DNA from: Octopus sinensis
Lineage: Eukaryota
Assembly: GCF_006345805.1 (NCBI RefSeq)
Contig: NC_043000.1
Location: forward strand, 162,564,001 to 162,628,000
Direction of reading: 5' to 3'
Length of the DNA: 64,000 nucleotides
Shown: positions 41,819 through 55,853 of the stretch, in pieces
How positions within the stretch are numbered: the stretch's first letter is position 1
Layout: every line of letters begins with the position of its first letter
Made by a program: the position numbers and the translations under genes
The notes under the pieces: model-generated
Seen by the model: only the letters and a program-made list of their open reading frames with translations
Told to the model about the DNA's origin: nothing
Database searches by the model: none

Positions 41819-41924
41819 TATATGGGTACAGGACCAACATTAAACAATATGAAATACGAAAACAAATGAGTTCGGTATGCAAACAAATGGAAAACAGGAC
41901 AAATAACATAAAGAACGACCCTTG

Positions 41925-42774
41925 GCTCGAAAAATCCGCATTTTTCCTCACTAAGTTTAAATCTATACTCCTTCAAAGACATTTTTAACATGTTCCTCAT
42001 ACTGGCCTCGAGACTCGCTTTTTATGAGTATGTCATCCATATAAGCTATAGCGAAATCCCTATCCGCAAGCATAGTGTCTATCAACTGCTGGAAAATACT
42101 AGGTGACACCTTTATTCCAAAATGAAATCGATTCAATTTCTACAAACCTTTAGGAATGTTTATTGTTCATAATTTCGAACATTCGTCCTCGACTTGTAAC
42201 TGTAAATACGCCTTCGGTGAGACCAACTTTCAAAAAGATTTTCCTCCATTGAGTTTCGCAAAACTTTCTTCCGGACTTGGTAATCGGTAACTGTATGTCT
42301 TCAAACATTCGTCCAAGCCTGTTGAAAAATCAATGCATATTCGTATTTTATTATTATTTTCTCTTTACATAAACATTTCGTGATGCCCTTTCCGAATAAT
42401 CAATTTTTTCTATAACCCCCAAGCTTTTCAAGTCTATCCAGTTCCGCGTTCACTTGATTCAGCGCTACGAAAAGTGCAGCTCGCTTCGGTTTAAATACTG
42501 GTACAGCGTTTTCCTTCACTTGAAAAACATCAGGGAAACATCACTTGAAAAACATCAGAAAAAACACCAAGAAAAATCTTTTTTAATTTCTTTTTTAAAT
42601 CCTCCGAAGCCTTAGTTGAACTGAGGTAAGAACCGTTTACATTATTACAAATAAATATTTATAGGGAGATCTCACAATTAAATAGTTCTATCCAGTCTGT
42701 GCCAAATAGGTTTGTCAAATATTTTAATACAAAATCTTTGGCTTTAAAAGATTTTCTACGAAAATGTCGCCCCA
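41925..42774 (-). mobile_element. Ty3/Gypsy pol remnant (protease C-terminus and RT)
   Basis: NLFGTDWIELFN, AELDRLEKLG, IRICIDFSTGL, FGIKVSPSIFQQLID, AYMDDILI; stops and frameshifts. Confidence 0.9.
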
Positions 42775-44445
42775 CTTGGTTGTTGTGCTTAATTTCGCTC
42801 ACATGTGAGTTATTGTTTTATTACTCGATTACTGAATTATTGAATATTGTGATTGTTTGAATTTGTGATTATTTGAATTTGTTGAAAATTTTATTTGTCT
42901 TCCCCATTTATAGGTGACACGGTGAACAACGTGATTATGAATACACAGGTACAAACAGGCAGAGACGGGCAAAAGCCTGTCAGCTGAGCTACTGCAAATT
43001 CGAGAATTGGAAGTCATGGACAGGGACTTAAATAAGTTTAACACCTTATTGAAGAAGGAGGGAGGCTGTTTAAAGCTGACACCCCCGAAAGAAGTCACTG
43101 AGAATAGAGAAAGAAAAACCATCACATATAGAACGTTGAATATAGTAACAAAGAAGGTGGAGATAGCAGTCGTAGAAGCGGTCGAGGAATATTTGAAAGA
43201 CATAAAGGAGTTAACCACATTCTACACCAGAGGACGAAAGTTCGGCACGGTGGGGATGCGCTTAGTAAATGAGACAGAAGCAAAAAATACTGCACCGTAG
43301 CCTTGAAATCAGCGGAGTGGGCACTGTCACCTATTTACTGTGTCGAACGTGTGACCAGAGTAAGGACAGGGAGAGTGCACCCCCCACCCCAAAATTGACG
43401 AGACACGGCTTGTGGCAGCCATCCTCTACGATTCAGGAGGAGACACGGAAGTCCTGAAAATGTCGAAGACTGCCGAGATGAACTATCGGGGATATGGGCT
43501 AGAGGTAATGGTCCATATCAGCCTACCAGACCTCTATGGAGACAAGATTGTTGAAGATCTCATTTTACCAGACGAAATCAGACTGAGAATTATTGTGGAA
43601 GGTAGACCTCCAATATGTTTTGCATGTGGAGTAAGGGGTCACATGAAAGCCAAGTGTCCCCAGACACGCGAACAATAGGAGGCAGAGAAAGAGAGTTGGG
43701 AAGAAAAGATTGTAACGGCGGAGGAAGAACAGGAGTTTACGGTGGTAGAAAGGAATAGAAAAAACATCGAATCTCCACCTAAAAAGAAAAGAAATGCGGA
43801 GGAAAATAAAAAGGAAAAAACAAAAAAATGAGGAATCAACGGGAGAACGAACGGAAATACCAGATCCTTCAACAATCAAGGGGGAGGAAAGACAGAAGAA
43901 GAGACTAGAAAGTGAGAAAGAGCAACAAATAGAGATGGAAACAGTAGCAACATGGCCGCCAGAGAGTGAAGTGATACAACGGAGAAAGCCACCGAAATGG
44001 AAGTACGAAGGAGTGACGATGCAGAACGGAAAGAGCGTGGAAATAGAGAAGAGAATTCCCAAGATGAAAAGGCGTGATAAGGGTTAAGCTGGCCGACAAG
44101 GAGGGGAACCGAAATGTGAAAGCAGTGTTGCTGGAAGATGAGAAAGCAGGAAGATTGAGAGAAATATTCGGAGACAGGATAGAGAATACAGCATTACGAT
44201 TTAGATATGACGAATTACCATCAGTGACAGAATTCGAGGAGTTAATGGATTTTATGATGTAAACACGATGCAAACTGGAAAGGATTACTGATTTTAAAAC
44301 CAGTAAAATGGAAAGCCATTTCACTATCATTATTTTCATAATTCACAATTCATTCGTTATATGTTTGTATGTACCTCACGTTTTGTGTTGTCTGTCCTTG
44401 TGGTGTCCCTTCTATATTAAGGCTTTATGCCTATAATAAAGAAAA
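42775..44445 (+). mobile_element. ORF1-only (half-L1/Tx1-like) non-autonomous retroelement
   Basis: Broken gag-like ORF1 with CX2CX4HX4C knuckle (CFACGVRGHMKAKC) and a K/E-rich tail ending at TAA 44262. Then ~180 bp to AATAAAGAAAATA with no ORF2. Diverged ~18-bp TSD. Confidence 0.7.
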
Positions 44446-45820
44446 TACGAAATGTTACCTCACCTATTATTTCAACCAAAAATGTAGGCTTTCCTATTTT
44501 TTCTCCAGGTACCATTGTTAATTATCGTGCTATCACTATTTGTGTCCAACTGTTGTCTCGTATTCACATTATTTATTTTCATGGAGACAATTTGCAAAAT
44601 GCCTCGCTTTGAATTTGTGCTGACAAAACTTTTTTCTCGAATTTTTGCGACCTTTTTAGTTTCACCCAACAATGTGAATTCTTATGTCCGAATTTTCCAC
44701 ATCCCAAACATTTAAAATTTTTAAACGGTTAGTTTCTTTTACAATGTATTTCTCCACATCCATAGCAAGGACTGTTGTTTTTCTCTTTTCTTATCTGTTA
44801 CAGGTCGACACATATGTACGTATAAATAATTGAATAACCTTTTTCAATTTTTTCTGTGTCCTGTCGTAAATTTATAATCATTTGGCATTCTTCAGCCACT
44901 GTCTTTAGAGTTAGTTGCGAATCTTGTTCTAGTTTTGTCAATATCCGAGCCTGTATCTCTGCATCTTTGCCTGCAGTTAATCCTTAAACAAAGATTAGAC
45001 ATTTGGACATGTCCGTGTTAATTCGTTTAGTTTAATTTTTTCACATTCTCTGTTTACGATTCCGGCATACGTGATGAAATCTTCAGTTTCTTTTTCAAAC
45101 TGAAGCACCCCCAGCGAATATTAAATAGTGGACTTCTTTCACTGAATATTTTAAATAACAGGTTAATTGTTTCCTCGAAACAAATTTCGGATGGTTTTCT
45201 CGGCAGGATGTAATTACAATACTTTTCATGTTCTGCAGGTGATAATTTCCTTAAAAGAGGTCGTACCTTCTTTTCGTCCGTCCAATTTTACATTCTTCTT
45301 TGAAGTTTCCTTCCAACCCTCTGAAGTATGCGCGAAACATAATCTCTTCTTCTGGATTATAAGTAAATTCTTCAATTGAATTAGCAACCCCGGCTGCCGA
45401 AAACGAACCTGGAGTGATTTGGGACTGCAATAATAATTCCAACAACTGTTGATTTTACTGTTGTTGTTGTTGCTGCTGCTATTGTACCTGTTGTTACTGT
45501 TTCTGTTGTTGCTGTTGTAGTTGTCGCTGCAATTGTTGCTGCTATTGCTGTTGTCCTTGTTGCTATTGTAGTTTCCGTTGCAAGTGTACCACAGAAGCAA
45601 TAGTACTTCCATGCTAAGAACATCCACAGTCAGCTTCAAATGTCTCATCGCCACTTTTATATCCTTGAGTTTCGGTATAGACTACACTGTAACAGCATTA
45701 TAACACAACAAAAACTAAATCAGTAACAAACACCTAAGACATATCTCTTCTTAACGACTTCTGCGACTGCACACATCACACTGTACATCGCATTGTCAGT
45801 ACGCATGCGCCTTTCATAAT
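44446..45820 (-). mobile_element. Ty3/Gypsy 5' part: LTR remnant, PBS, gag, protease
   Basis: PBS-like TGGCGATGAG at 45644-45653; decayed poly-Q gag N-terminus; ANSIEEFTYNPEE..AYF gag motif; KINNVNTRQQLDTNSD (decayed LDTG protease motif). Confidence 0.85.
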
Positions 45821-46968
45821 GTCCACTTATAACTGTTCAGGGGTGTCAGGATTTCACCTCAACCCTTTTATATCTCCAGAAGTTTTGCTTTCAGCTATGA
45901 CATTTTTACTCAAGTATCTGCTTAGTTTTGGTCCTAAAATACTCATGGTTAACGTTTATAGTATCCAAGTAAGCATCTGGCATTCAATCCATGCCATGGG
46001 CAGACTCCTCTTTCTCGCAGGCCTCGGTTATGGCTTTTCTCATTGATAATCTATCTTTGCAAACATATGAATCTTTGCCGCATCTCTTCTGATTTTTTCC
46101 ATTTTTAGTTTAGTTTAGTTTTGTCTTTGTTTTTGAAAACGGTCTGCTTTATTCCAGGTGTTTTATTTATCCACTCTCATATTAAGATATTGTAATCTAG
46201 AGAAAGACACGTTGTTGATCTCTGGTAGTCTTGTGGATTAAAATGTTTCTCCTCTTCAGTGAACTACTGAGACTTTTGCTCCGTTACTACTGGAACCACA
46301 ATAAGTATCACGTCAGGTGTTCCTGCTAAATATTTCAAGCAGGCTTCCCAGTTCCATGTTTTCCTTTTCGTTTTTCTTTCTTTCTTCACTTTTGTTTTGG
46401 CTTCTGTTAGTTTCTAAGCTACGTTTTGAATATTTGTGGCATCTATAATTGTTCAGCTGATGTGTTCCTTGAGTTGAAGAATTTCATTCATCTTTAGTGA
46501 TTCTTTTTCCGTCCATAATCCTCCTTAGAATTTTACTGTTCTTGCTGCTGGGTCCATATCGATTTTCTCTATATTTTTAGACACTTTTTTATAAAATCGT
46601 TTTGTTAAAAGTATCGTTGCTGCTTTTCATACCTATGGTTTCTTTGCATTTTAGGAAGTATCTCTAGTTTCAGGCGTTCTTTGATTTCACAGTCTTCTTA
46701 TATCTTTTAATTCTTTTTTATGCGTCGTTTTGGTTTGGAATTTAATGATCTGTATTCTGCAGGTGTATTAACACTTCGTGTTTTGTAATTACTTTTATTT
46801 TCACTCATATCAGCATGATTTACCTTTTCAAACTTTATTTGTCCGTCTCTCTGTTTGTCCGTCTGTCTGTCATTGTATCTATATATGTCTGTATATGCGT
46901 GTGTGTTATTATACATGTATATATATGTATACACATATATAGTACACTATCTATCTACCTACCAATAT

Positions 46969-47014
<46 letters not shown>

Positions 47015-48016
47015 GCATGTATATATATACATATATATATACACGCACACACACATATATAGTACACTTTTTATTTTATCTATCAATCTATTTATTTATA
47101 TGCTTTATTTATCTATCTATTTTTCTATGTATGTATATGAATATAGGCACACATATATATATAGTTACGTATGTTCTCGTTGTATAGTCTTCCTTTCAAA
47201 CAATCTTTTTCGATCTCTGATTTTTCTCCTTTCCTTTTTTTTTTCCTTCTTGGCTTTGAAAACGTATAATTCTTAACGTTGCTACACCGTTGGGATCCAT
47301 TCATCCGTTTACTTCTTGACTATTTTCTCTCCAATTTTATACGAAAATAATATGTTTAGTCCGCTTTTTGTTTTATTTTTGCTAGAGTGTGGATATATGT
47401 TATGTATATAAAATCAATACCTATTCCTCACGTGTCCATTTATATTTTTTGCTATTCTGTTATATTTGTTTATCTCCAGCACTTTATTAAGAGTCTCACA
47501 TTCGTCCGTACGATCTGTTTGTTTTTTGCTAGTGGTGTCGAGCTTTTCTCTTTATTATATTATATTGCCACACAACTTAGTAATAAAAGTCATGTGTTTT
47601 ATATAAATAATTTCTGTATTCATTTGTATCGGCTAGTAATATATTTATCAATCCCGGCATAAGGCAAGATAACCTCAGATCTACCACTGCTTGCCAACTT
47701 GAGTTCTTTTATTTATATCACCACAACATAAGGGGTCTTGTAAAAAAAAAAGGGAGACCGACTGAATTCCGGATTAAAAGGGAAATAGATCCGAGGGCGA
47801 TTTATATGACAAGACGTTTCAAGGTAGTGCTCCAATATGTCCGCAACCCATTTATTGAGAAGGAGCAATGATAACATAATATGTACACTGTTTCCGTGGA
47901 CAGTTAAAGAGGGTATGCAGTCGCTGATGAAACTCAATACAAGAATGAAACTAGACTCGCTAATTCATCTTTTTCTGTCTAAGAAAATAATATTGGATAT
48001 GAATATATATACATAC

Positions 48017-48166
<150 letters not shown>

Positions 48167-48209
48167 TATGTATATATATAATATATATAATATATATATA
48201 TATATATGT

Positions 48210-48240
<31 letters not shown>

Positions 48241-48244
48241 TATG

Positions 48245-48358
<114 letters not shown>

Positions 48359-48371
48359 TGTATATATATTA

Positions 48372-48404
<33 letters not shown>

Positions 48405-48521
48405 ATATATTATATATATATATAATATATATATATATACATATACATGTATATATATATATACATATACATGTATATATATATATGTATATATGTATAT
48501 ATATATATATACATATATATG

Positions 48522-48552
<31 letters not shown>

Positions 48553-48639
48553 TAATATATATAATATATATATATATATATATCTATATATATATATATA
48601 TATATATATGTATAATATATATATATATATAACTTTGAT

Positions 48640-48705
48640 ACTTTGATACTTTGATAGGTTTCGGCATTATTGCCAGGCCATGTCTAACTTAATAGCACCA
48701 CCTGG
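48640..48705 (-). mobile_element. Extremely 5'-truncated LINE tail (family B)
   Basis: 32 bp identical to 56327-56358, then hairpin GGCA/UGCC, GAAAC and (AAAGTATC)n. Confidence 0.6.
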
Positions 48706-48744
48706 TGAAGTCTTTCAAGTCAGAATTTGGGCACTATATATATG

Positions 48745-48788
<44 letters not shown>

Positions 48789-48876
48789 ATATATATACAT
48801 ATACATGTATATATATATACATATACTGTATATATATATATGTATATATGTATATATATATATATACATATATATG

Positions 48877-48914
<38 letters not shown>

Positions 48915-48944
48915 TGTATATATGTATATATACATATATATATA

Positions 48945-51050
48945 TATGATTGATTGATTCTAGTTTCAGCTTATGAGCTGTGGCCATGCTGGGGCACCGC
49001 CATTTGGTGTTGCTACTTGGTTTCACTTCATGGAGGCTTTCTAGCAACTGCTATTTGGTGTATGAGAGAGTTCGATGCAGCTGCCCTCATCTGCCCCTCC
49101 TGCCGTGAAGTTGGTTCATCTGGGACATCTGACAGGAAGAGATCCAGCTCCATTTTAAAGACATCTGTATCCACCCCATGCAGGTCTCTCAGGTTCTTCG
49201 GGAGGATATTGAAGAGCTGTGGGCCTCGGAAGCCCAGGCTATCACAGAATCTTGTCCTACATCTTGATGGCAAGTTTGGAGTCCTAGGCACCACGCAGTG
49301 GCGCCAAGTTCTGGCATTTGCGTTACTCTCGATGCCAAAGTTCAGGACACTTCCCTCCAGGATCTTCCAGATGTATATTATGGCATATCTTTCCCGCCTA
49401 CGCTCCAGGGAATATAATTTTAATCTCTTGAGTCTTTCCCAGTAGCTTACATTCTGCATAGAGGCTATCTTCTTCGTGTAGCTTCGTTGGATCGCCTCAA
49501 GTTCTGTGATCAACTTGACACTGGATGGTGACCATAGCTGAGAGCAATAGTCAGAGTGGCTTAGGACAAGTGTCTTCCAGAGGACCATCATGGTTTCTTG
49601 TTCTCTTGTTCTAAAGGTTCTAAGAATCCATCCAGCCAGCCGTCTGCATTTCATTGTCAGTTTAGCAACATGTACATGAAAGGTCGCGTCATCACTCATG
49701 TGAATACCCGGTCACGCACTGATTGTGCCTCTGGGATTGCAATCCTCCTGGTGCAGTGTATTCCTTGGGTATTGCATCAGTTTTGCATGCTGATAGTATA
49801 AAGCTTGAAACTTTTCAGCATTGAACTGCATGCTATTCTTTTCAGCCCACTTGTATATTTCGTCCAGCTCATATTGCAGGTGCCTAGTGTCTTCAGGGTT
49901 CTGTATTGCCTGTGAAACTTTTGTATCATCTGCATAACTTGTGATCGTGGCTCTCCGCGTGGCTGAGGCCTGTCTGAGAGGGCCATTATGAACAGTAGTG
50001 GTCCCAAAACAGTGCCCTGTGGAACACCGCTCACTATTTGCGTGCTAATGGAAGTGGCCCCATGGCTACTACCACCTGACTTCTATTCTTCAGAAAGTCG
50101 TGAAGCCATTCTCCTAGTTTTCCAACTATGCCAAGGTCACGCAGTGTGACATATCATTCCATGATCGACTTTATCGAAGGCCTTTGCGAAGTCGAGATAT
50201 ATGACTTCCACATTTGAGTGCTTGAGCAGTTGTTTCAGCACCCAGTCATAGTGCTGCAGGAGCTGATCTAAGCAGCTTCTTCCTGGTCGGCGGAAACCAT
50301 GTTGGGTGTCAGGCAGCAAGTTATTTCTTCAAGGAAGGTGATTAGTTTCCTTCTGACTATTCGTTCCATGACCTTGCTGATGTGTGAGGTCAGAGAGATA
50401 GGTCTGTAGTTCTTGGCCTCCGCTCTGCTACCTCCTTTATGAATAGGGCATATTTTACCTTCCTTCAGTTTCTTGGAAGTTTGCCAGCTGCAAAGGAAGC
50501 TCTGAAAGAGGAACTGCAGGGTCTTGCTAAGACTCTCTTACATACTTTTAGGAGGATTGCCGGGAATCCATCGGGGCCAATAGCTGAGTCTGTTTTCATT
50601 TCATCTATAGCCTTTATTACATCGTCTTCTTTATATCGATGTAATTTATCATCGCCGCCTCTGATTCTATATCTGCAGTGGTAAAGAAGTCAGTTGGATT
50701 GCTGATTTGGAAATGCCCAAGGGGTGGAGTGAAAAACTCTTGAATTGTTCATTCAGTATTTCACTTACCCTCATTGTTTTCCTGTGAGTGTGCCATCCTT
50801 TTCAAGGAGTGGCCCTATCCTACAGTGCACCGTAGCTGTTTCTTTGGCATACCTGTAGAAAGCTCTGGGGTTAGTTTATGTTGTCTATAGCCCAGGCTTC
50901 TTTGTCTGCTCTTTCCTTCTCATGGGAGAGTTGCAGACAATTTTCAATTTCCAACAGTTTTATTTTCAGGCGGGACTTTTCACTGCTTTCAATTTGTTTG
51001 TTTAGGCGATTTGGAAATTTTTGTACGCCGTCTCATTAAAATTTTCTCTC
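48945..51050 (-). mobile_element. CR1-group LINE, 5'-truncated copy 2
   Basis: ORFs with QHGFR, YLDFAKAFDKV, SGVPQGTVLGPLLF and a C-terminus similar to 23687-25048; same tail type followed by (AATC)n. Confidence 0.95.
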
Positions 51051-51141
51051 TTGGGGATTATTTATATATATATATAATATATATACATATATATATGTAT
51101 ATATATACATATATACATATATGTATATATATAACATATAT

Positions 51142-51197
<56 letters not shown>

Positions 51198-51336
51198 CAA
51201 GAAGTAGCTTCCACAACATGATTCTGGGCTCAGTCCAATTGCGTGGCACCTTCGTCAATGTCTTCAACTGTAGCTTCGAGCCGGCCAAAGCCTTGCGAGT
51301 GGATTTGACAGCCGGAAACTGAAAGAAACCCGTTGC

Positions 51337-51388
<52 letters not shown>

Positions 51389-51428
51389 TATATACATACA
51401 TACATACATACATACATACATACATACA

Positions 51429-51459
<31 letters not shown>

Positions 51460-51665
51460 GTGTGTGTGTCTGTCTGTGTGTGTGCATATTTATGTATGTG
51501 TGTGTCTGTGTCTGCTCCCCTCCATCGCTTGACAACTGATGTTGGTGTATTTACAAAAGAGGGCGATAGGATAAATACTAGGCTTGCAAAGAATAAGTCC
51601 CGCAGTCGATTTGTTCGACTAAAGGCACCGCAGTCAAATGACTGAAACAAGTAAAAGAATAAAAG
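51198..51665 (+). mobile_element. OR-like SINE, diverged
   Basis: GCTTCCACAACATGATTCTGGGCTCAGTCC head, (TA)(CATA)(TG) interior, CAGTCAAATGACTGAAAC tail. Confidence 0.85.
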
Positions 51666-51889
51666 GATATATATATATATATACAGACGATATGGAAGAA
51701 GGGAAAATATTTGACGATTCAAGCCTACGCTCTTCGACTGGAGGGGATGAGGGGAAAGAAAAATAAAAGGTGGGGGAAAACAGAGGGAGAGAAAGAATAT
51801 GTGGGATTAACAATTTAACGTGATGAAAAGATGTATGTGTGTGTGTATATAGATATATATATATATGTACGTATGTACTTATATATCTA

Positions 51890-51950
<61 letters not shown>

Positions 51951-51969
51951 CTATATATATAATATATAT

Positions 51970-52935
51970 GATATAATCAAATTATTGTATACAGTGCTCA
52001 GGTGCACCACAACTTGTCAGAAAGTGCATATAAAGTATATGCAGTAACGTACAAATGTCTGGAAAGCGAACAGTGTATGAGTCAGATACATGCTTGCGTG
52101 TGTATGAAGGGGGAAATCAGGTGTAGTGTTGGCGAATCTCAGGAAGCATGGAAGTTTTGAAGGATGCAGTGCTCCCACAACTAACAAGTGATGCCGGCAG
52201 TTTGTTCCATGCTTCAGCAACTTTTAGCGTGAAAAAATGTTTCTGAAAGTCATGGGATCTGTGCTGTTTTCTGACTTTGTAAACATGTCCACGGGTGTTC
52301 GACAGGAGGAATTTGAAAAGGTGCTCAGAGTTATTGTTTGTAAGATTGTTAAAAATTTTTATGGGTGTCTGCCAAGTCAGCTGCCAGACGTCGGAGTTTC
52401 AATGTGTCCATGCCCAGGGAAGTAAGGCGTTCAGAATATGGCAAATGCCTGATGGAGGGTATTCTCATGGTTGCACGTCGCTGAACGGCTTACAGACGAT
52501 TAATATCCTGGGCAAGATAGGGTTTCCAGACCGGTGGTGCAAATTGCAGGTGAGGTCGTACCATAGCTATATAAAGCCGCAGGTAGCCAGAGAGCGGCTC
52601 ACAAAGAATTTGGTGGGTGATGCCAAGACACCCTAAGCCTTCTTGGCAATTTTAGCGATGTGTTTTGCCCAACGCAAATCGCTGTCGACATTAACGCCCA
52701 GGTCACGTTCACAAGAAGACTTTTTGAGATTAGTGATGTGGAGGGAGTAAGTAGATGCTGGGTTTTTCCTCCCAAAATGCATGGTGGTACATTTTTCCAC
52801 AGCCAGCTTAAGTTGCCAGTCCATGATCCACTGCTGCATTGTGTCCAGGTCTGATTGCAATAGAGATCTATAGTGTACAGGATCTGACCTCTTTATTCGA
52901 GGTAGAGCTTGATATCATCTGCATATTTCAGCACT
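51970..52935 (-). mobile_element. CR1 LINE 3' fragment (different family)
   Basis: [52 protein letters not shown]. Confidence 0.9.
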
Positions 52936-53016
52936 GTGGCATATATATATATATACATATATACATATATACATATATATATTTATATACATATATACAT
53001 ACATACATATATATAA

Positions 53017-53092
<76 letters not shown>

Positions 53093-53181
53093 GTACACAT
53101 ACATATATGTATATATATATGTATAAATATATATCTTATATATAATATAAGCAAAATATATTTGGATATATACATTTTCAT

Positions 53182-53226
<45 letters not shown>

Positions 53227-54013
53227 ATACATATACATACACAGATATATTATGTATATATGTATGCATATATATATATGGATTGATGGATGTAAGTAGG
53301 TATACATGCACATTCGTGTGTGTGTGTGGTGTGTGTGTGTGTGTGCTAAGAATCGTGATTCATACACACAGTTTTAATATGTATGTGTATATATGTATAG
53401 ATGTGTGGATGTATGTATGTATACATGCGCACGCGTACGTATGTGTGTTAAAATTGCGAGCAGATTTCACATCTATATAATACTATAAGTGTTTGAGCTG
53501 ATGCATATTTATAAGTGATTCTCTCGAATTCATTTTGCTATTTCCCGTTGTAACAATCATTCCTCACTTTCACTACCGCCATCATATTTAATACGCAACT
53601 CTGCTTTCCCCCATTAATCACGTGTATATCCTTAGCATATTTTACCCATAATACCGTGCCCCATGTTAACTTGACGCATTCCTAAATAATTCTATTTTAT
53701 TCATTCCTTTGCATCATCCTTCCTTATAAAATATTATCATTGCTTATTTGTTTCTGTCATGGTTTCCTTATTCACTATTGTTTATTTATATATTTCTTTA
53801 TTTATTGGCACTTCCTCCCATCCGAAAACCTTCCTATTTTTCACCAAGTTTCTTCACTACATCGCTATCTGATGCTTATCACATCAATAAAACGCTAACA
53901 TTTCTACACAGTGTGTCTACGTACAGTGTCTTATTAATATACAAACGTATGTGTGCGTTGCATATGTGTGTGTGCATGTTATCTGCGTGTGTGTACATCT
54001 ATCTATCGATATA

Positions 54014-54044
<31 letters not shown>

Positions 54045-54047
<3 letters not shown>

Positions 54048-54231
54048 ACCTCGTCTGTTTCACTGGCGATTTTTTTCCCCTGTCTTCCCTTCTCGGGATC
54101 TTTCCTTCTCCTATGTTTCCGACGAAGAGCTCCGACGGAACGTCAAACCCATCTTTCCTGAGCGTCCAATAATACTTTATTTGTTCCACGTCCTTGCGTT
54201 GTTTTGTTTGTTTTTGTTTTCTTGTTTGGAT

Positions 54232-54250
<19 letters not shown>
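54045..54250 (+). repeat. Interspersed repeat with decayed HHR; inverse of 59760-59955
   Basis: CCTTCTCCTATGTTTCCGACGAAGAGCTC..GAGCGTCCAATAATAC shared with the second copy; stem II/GAAA mutated here. Confidence 0.8.
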
Positions 54251-54271
<21 letters not shown>

Positions 54272-54404
54272 AAAAAATACAAACTGGGACAAGAACGCAA
54301 AACATTTAGAAGACGATACAAAAAACACGGACGGGACATTCGAAGCCTTCAATCTTCAGTCAAGAACCGGATTATCCTCGCAATTTCGGCGCGATTGCTT
54401 CTTT

Positions 54405-55264
54405 TATGCGGCGCCGAATTTACAATTTTGTAAATAATAATAAAGGTATTTTAATATGAGCTTAAGTCTTATGGCAATCAGCGCGCAATTACTAAGCAAA
54501 ATAGTCTAATAAATGGGGATATAACCCCCCCGAGAGAAGGCTTTCCTATCCGCGTGGGTGTCGAACGTACATCCCTTTGTTAACACGGCGAAGTGTGTTT
54601 CCTTTACACCAGCGAATCAGCTTGCTCATTTCTGTCAAGTTAAAGAAGCATAATACATCGTGTTTGTTTTCATGTAAGCAAACTTTCTATATACTTTCGG
54701 TGCGAAAGTTTTTGGGTTTTTTTATTATACGGCGCCGCGTTTACAATCCTGTAAATAATAATAATGGCATTTTAATATTAGCTTAAAGCTTATGGGGATC
54801 ACCGTGCAATGACTAAGGAAAATAGTCTAATAAAGGGGCATATAAGCCCTTGAAAGAAAAAAAAGGCTTTCCTATCTGCGTGGGAGTCGAACCCATATCC
54901 CTTTGTTAACGTGACTAAGTGTGTTACCGTTACATCTTTACACGTTTACACCTTTAACTATATAATCTTTACAGGATTGTAAACTCGGTACCGTATAAAA
55001 AAAAACATTCGCACGGAAAGCATAAGGAAAGTTTATTTACATAAAAACAAACAGGAACTATCATAGTTCTTAAATATGACAGTGAAAGGGAGGCTGATTC
55101 GCTGATGTAAAGGTAACACATTCGCGTTAAAAAGGGATGTGGGTTTGACTCCCACGCTGATAGGAAAGCCTTCTCTTTTCTCTCGAGGGCTTGTACGCTC
55201 CTTTATTACTATTTTCCTTAGTCATCTCACTGTGATCGTCATATGCTTTAAGCTTATAAAAATA

Positions 55265-55268
<4 letters not shown>
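54405..55268. repeat. ~321-bp tRNA-like unit: one full and one partial direct copy plus one inverted copy
   Basis: Units start at 54405 and 54726; inverted copy at 54968-55268. T-arm GTGGG-TT(C/T)GACT-CCCAC in each copy. Confidence 0.8.
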
Positions 55269-55360
<92 letters not shown>

Positions 55361-55473
55361 TCATCACGTGATTGCCCAGTTAGCAGATGTTGCTACACAT
55401 CGCTGGTCACAATGCGCTTCACATTGTTTTAGCCTTCAAATGACGCCACCCCGCTGGCTAAGCGAGCTGGCCA

Positions 55474-55504
<31 letters not shown>

Positions 55505-55634
55505 GGGTTGGACAAAATAATTGGAACAGTAGAATTTTAACTTCAATATTTCAAGGAGCCATTATATTACGAATGGCGACCTAGCTACCTACCTATCTAC
55601 TTATCTATTTGTCTATCTATCGAGGTATATACTA

Positions 55635-55853
55635 TTTAAAAGTCACAATATATATATATTAAAGCGCTACTAATGGTTTCATATGTTGAGAATACTCAAA
55701 CCTATTCTTCAGGCGCAAACCACCGCGTTTCTACTATTATTCAATTTCGTTAGTTCTTTAGGTTATGTGGTTTGCGCTTGAAGGATATGCTTGAGTTTTC
55801 TCAACGTATGAAACTATTAATAGCGCTTTAATACATGTTTTGTGACCTGTAAA
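55635..55853. mobile_element. Small palindromic (MITE/foldback-like) element
   Basis: Arms ~55635-55727 and ~55767-55853 are diverged inverses (ATTAAAGCGCTA.TAAT.GTTTCATA.GTTGAGAA.ACTCAA..GCGCAAACCAC). Confidence 0.75.

Noticed and set aside
45850-46640. Possible decayed RTE-type LINE fragment
   Set aside because: No diagnostic motif survives in any frame.
48655-48680. CCTG-hairpin-GAAAC here and at 56355 as deleted hammerheads
   Set aside because: Both lack the ANGA core identically and sit at a CR1-type ORF2 end with tandem tails, so a LINE 3' stem-loop explains them better.
51710-51750. GAAGAGCGTAGGCTTGAATCGTC on the minus strand
   Set aside because: HHR-like stem II and GUC, but both core halves are broken.
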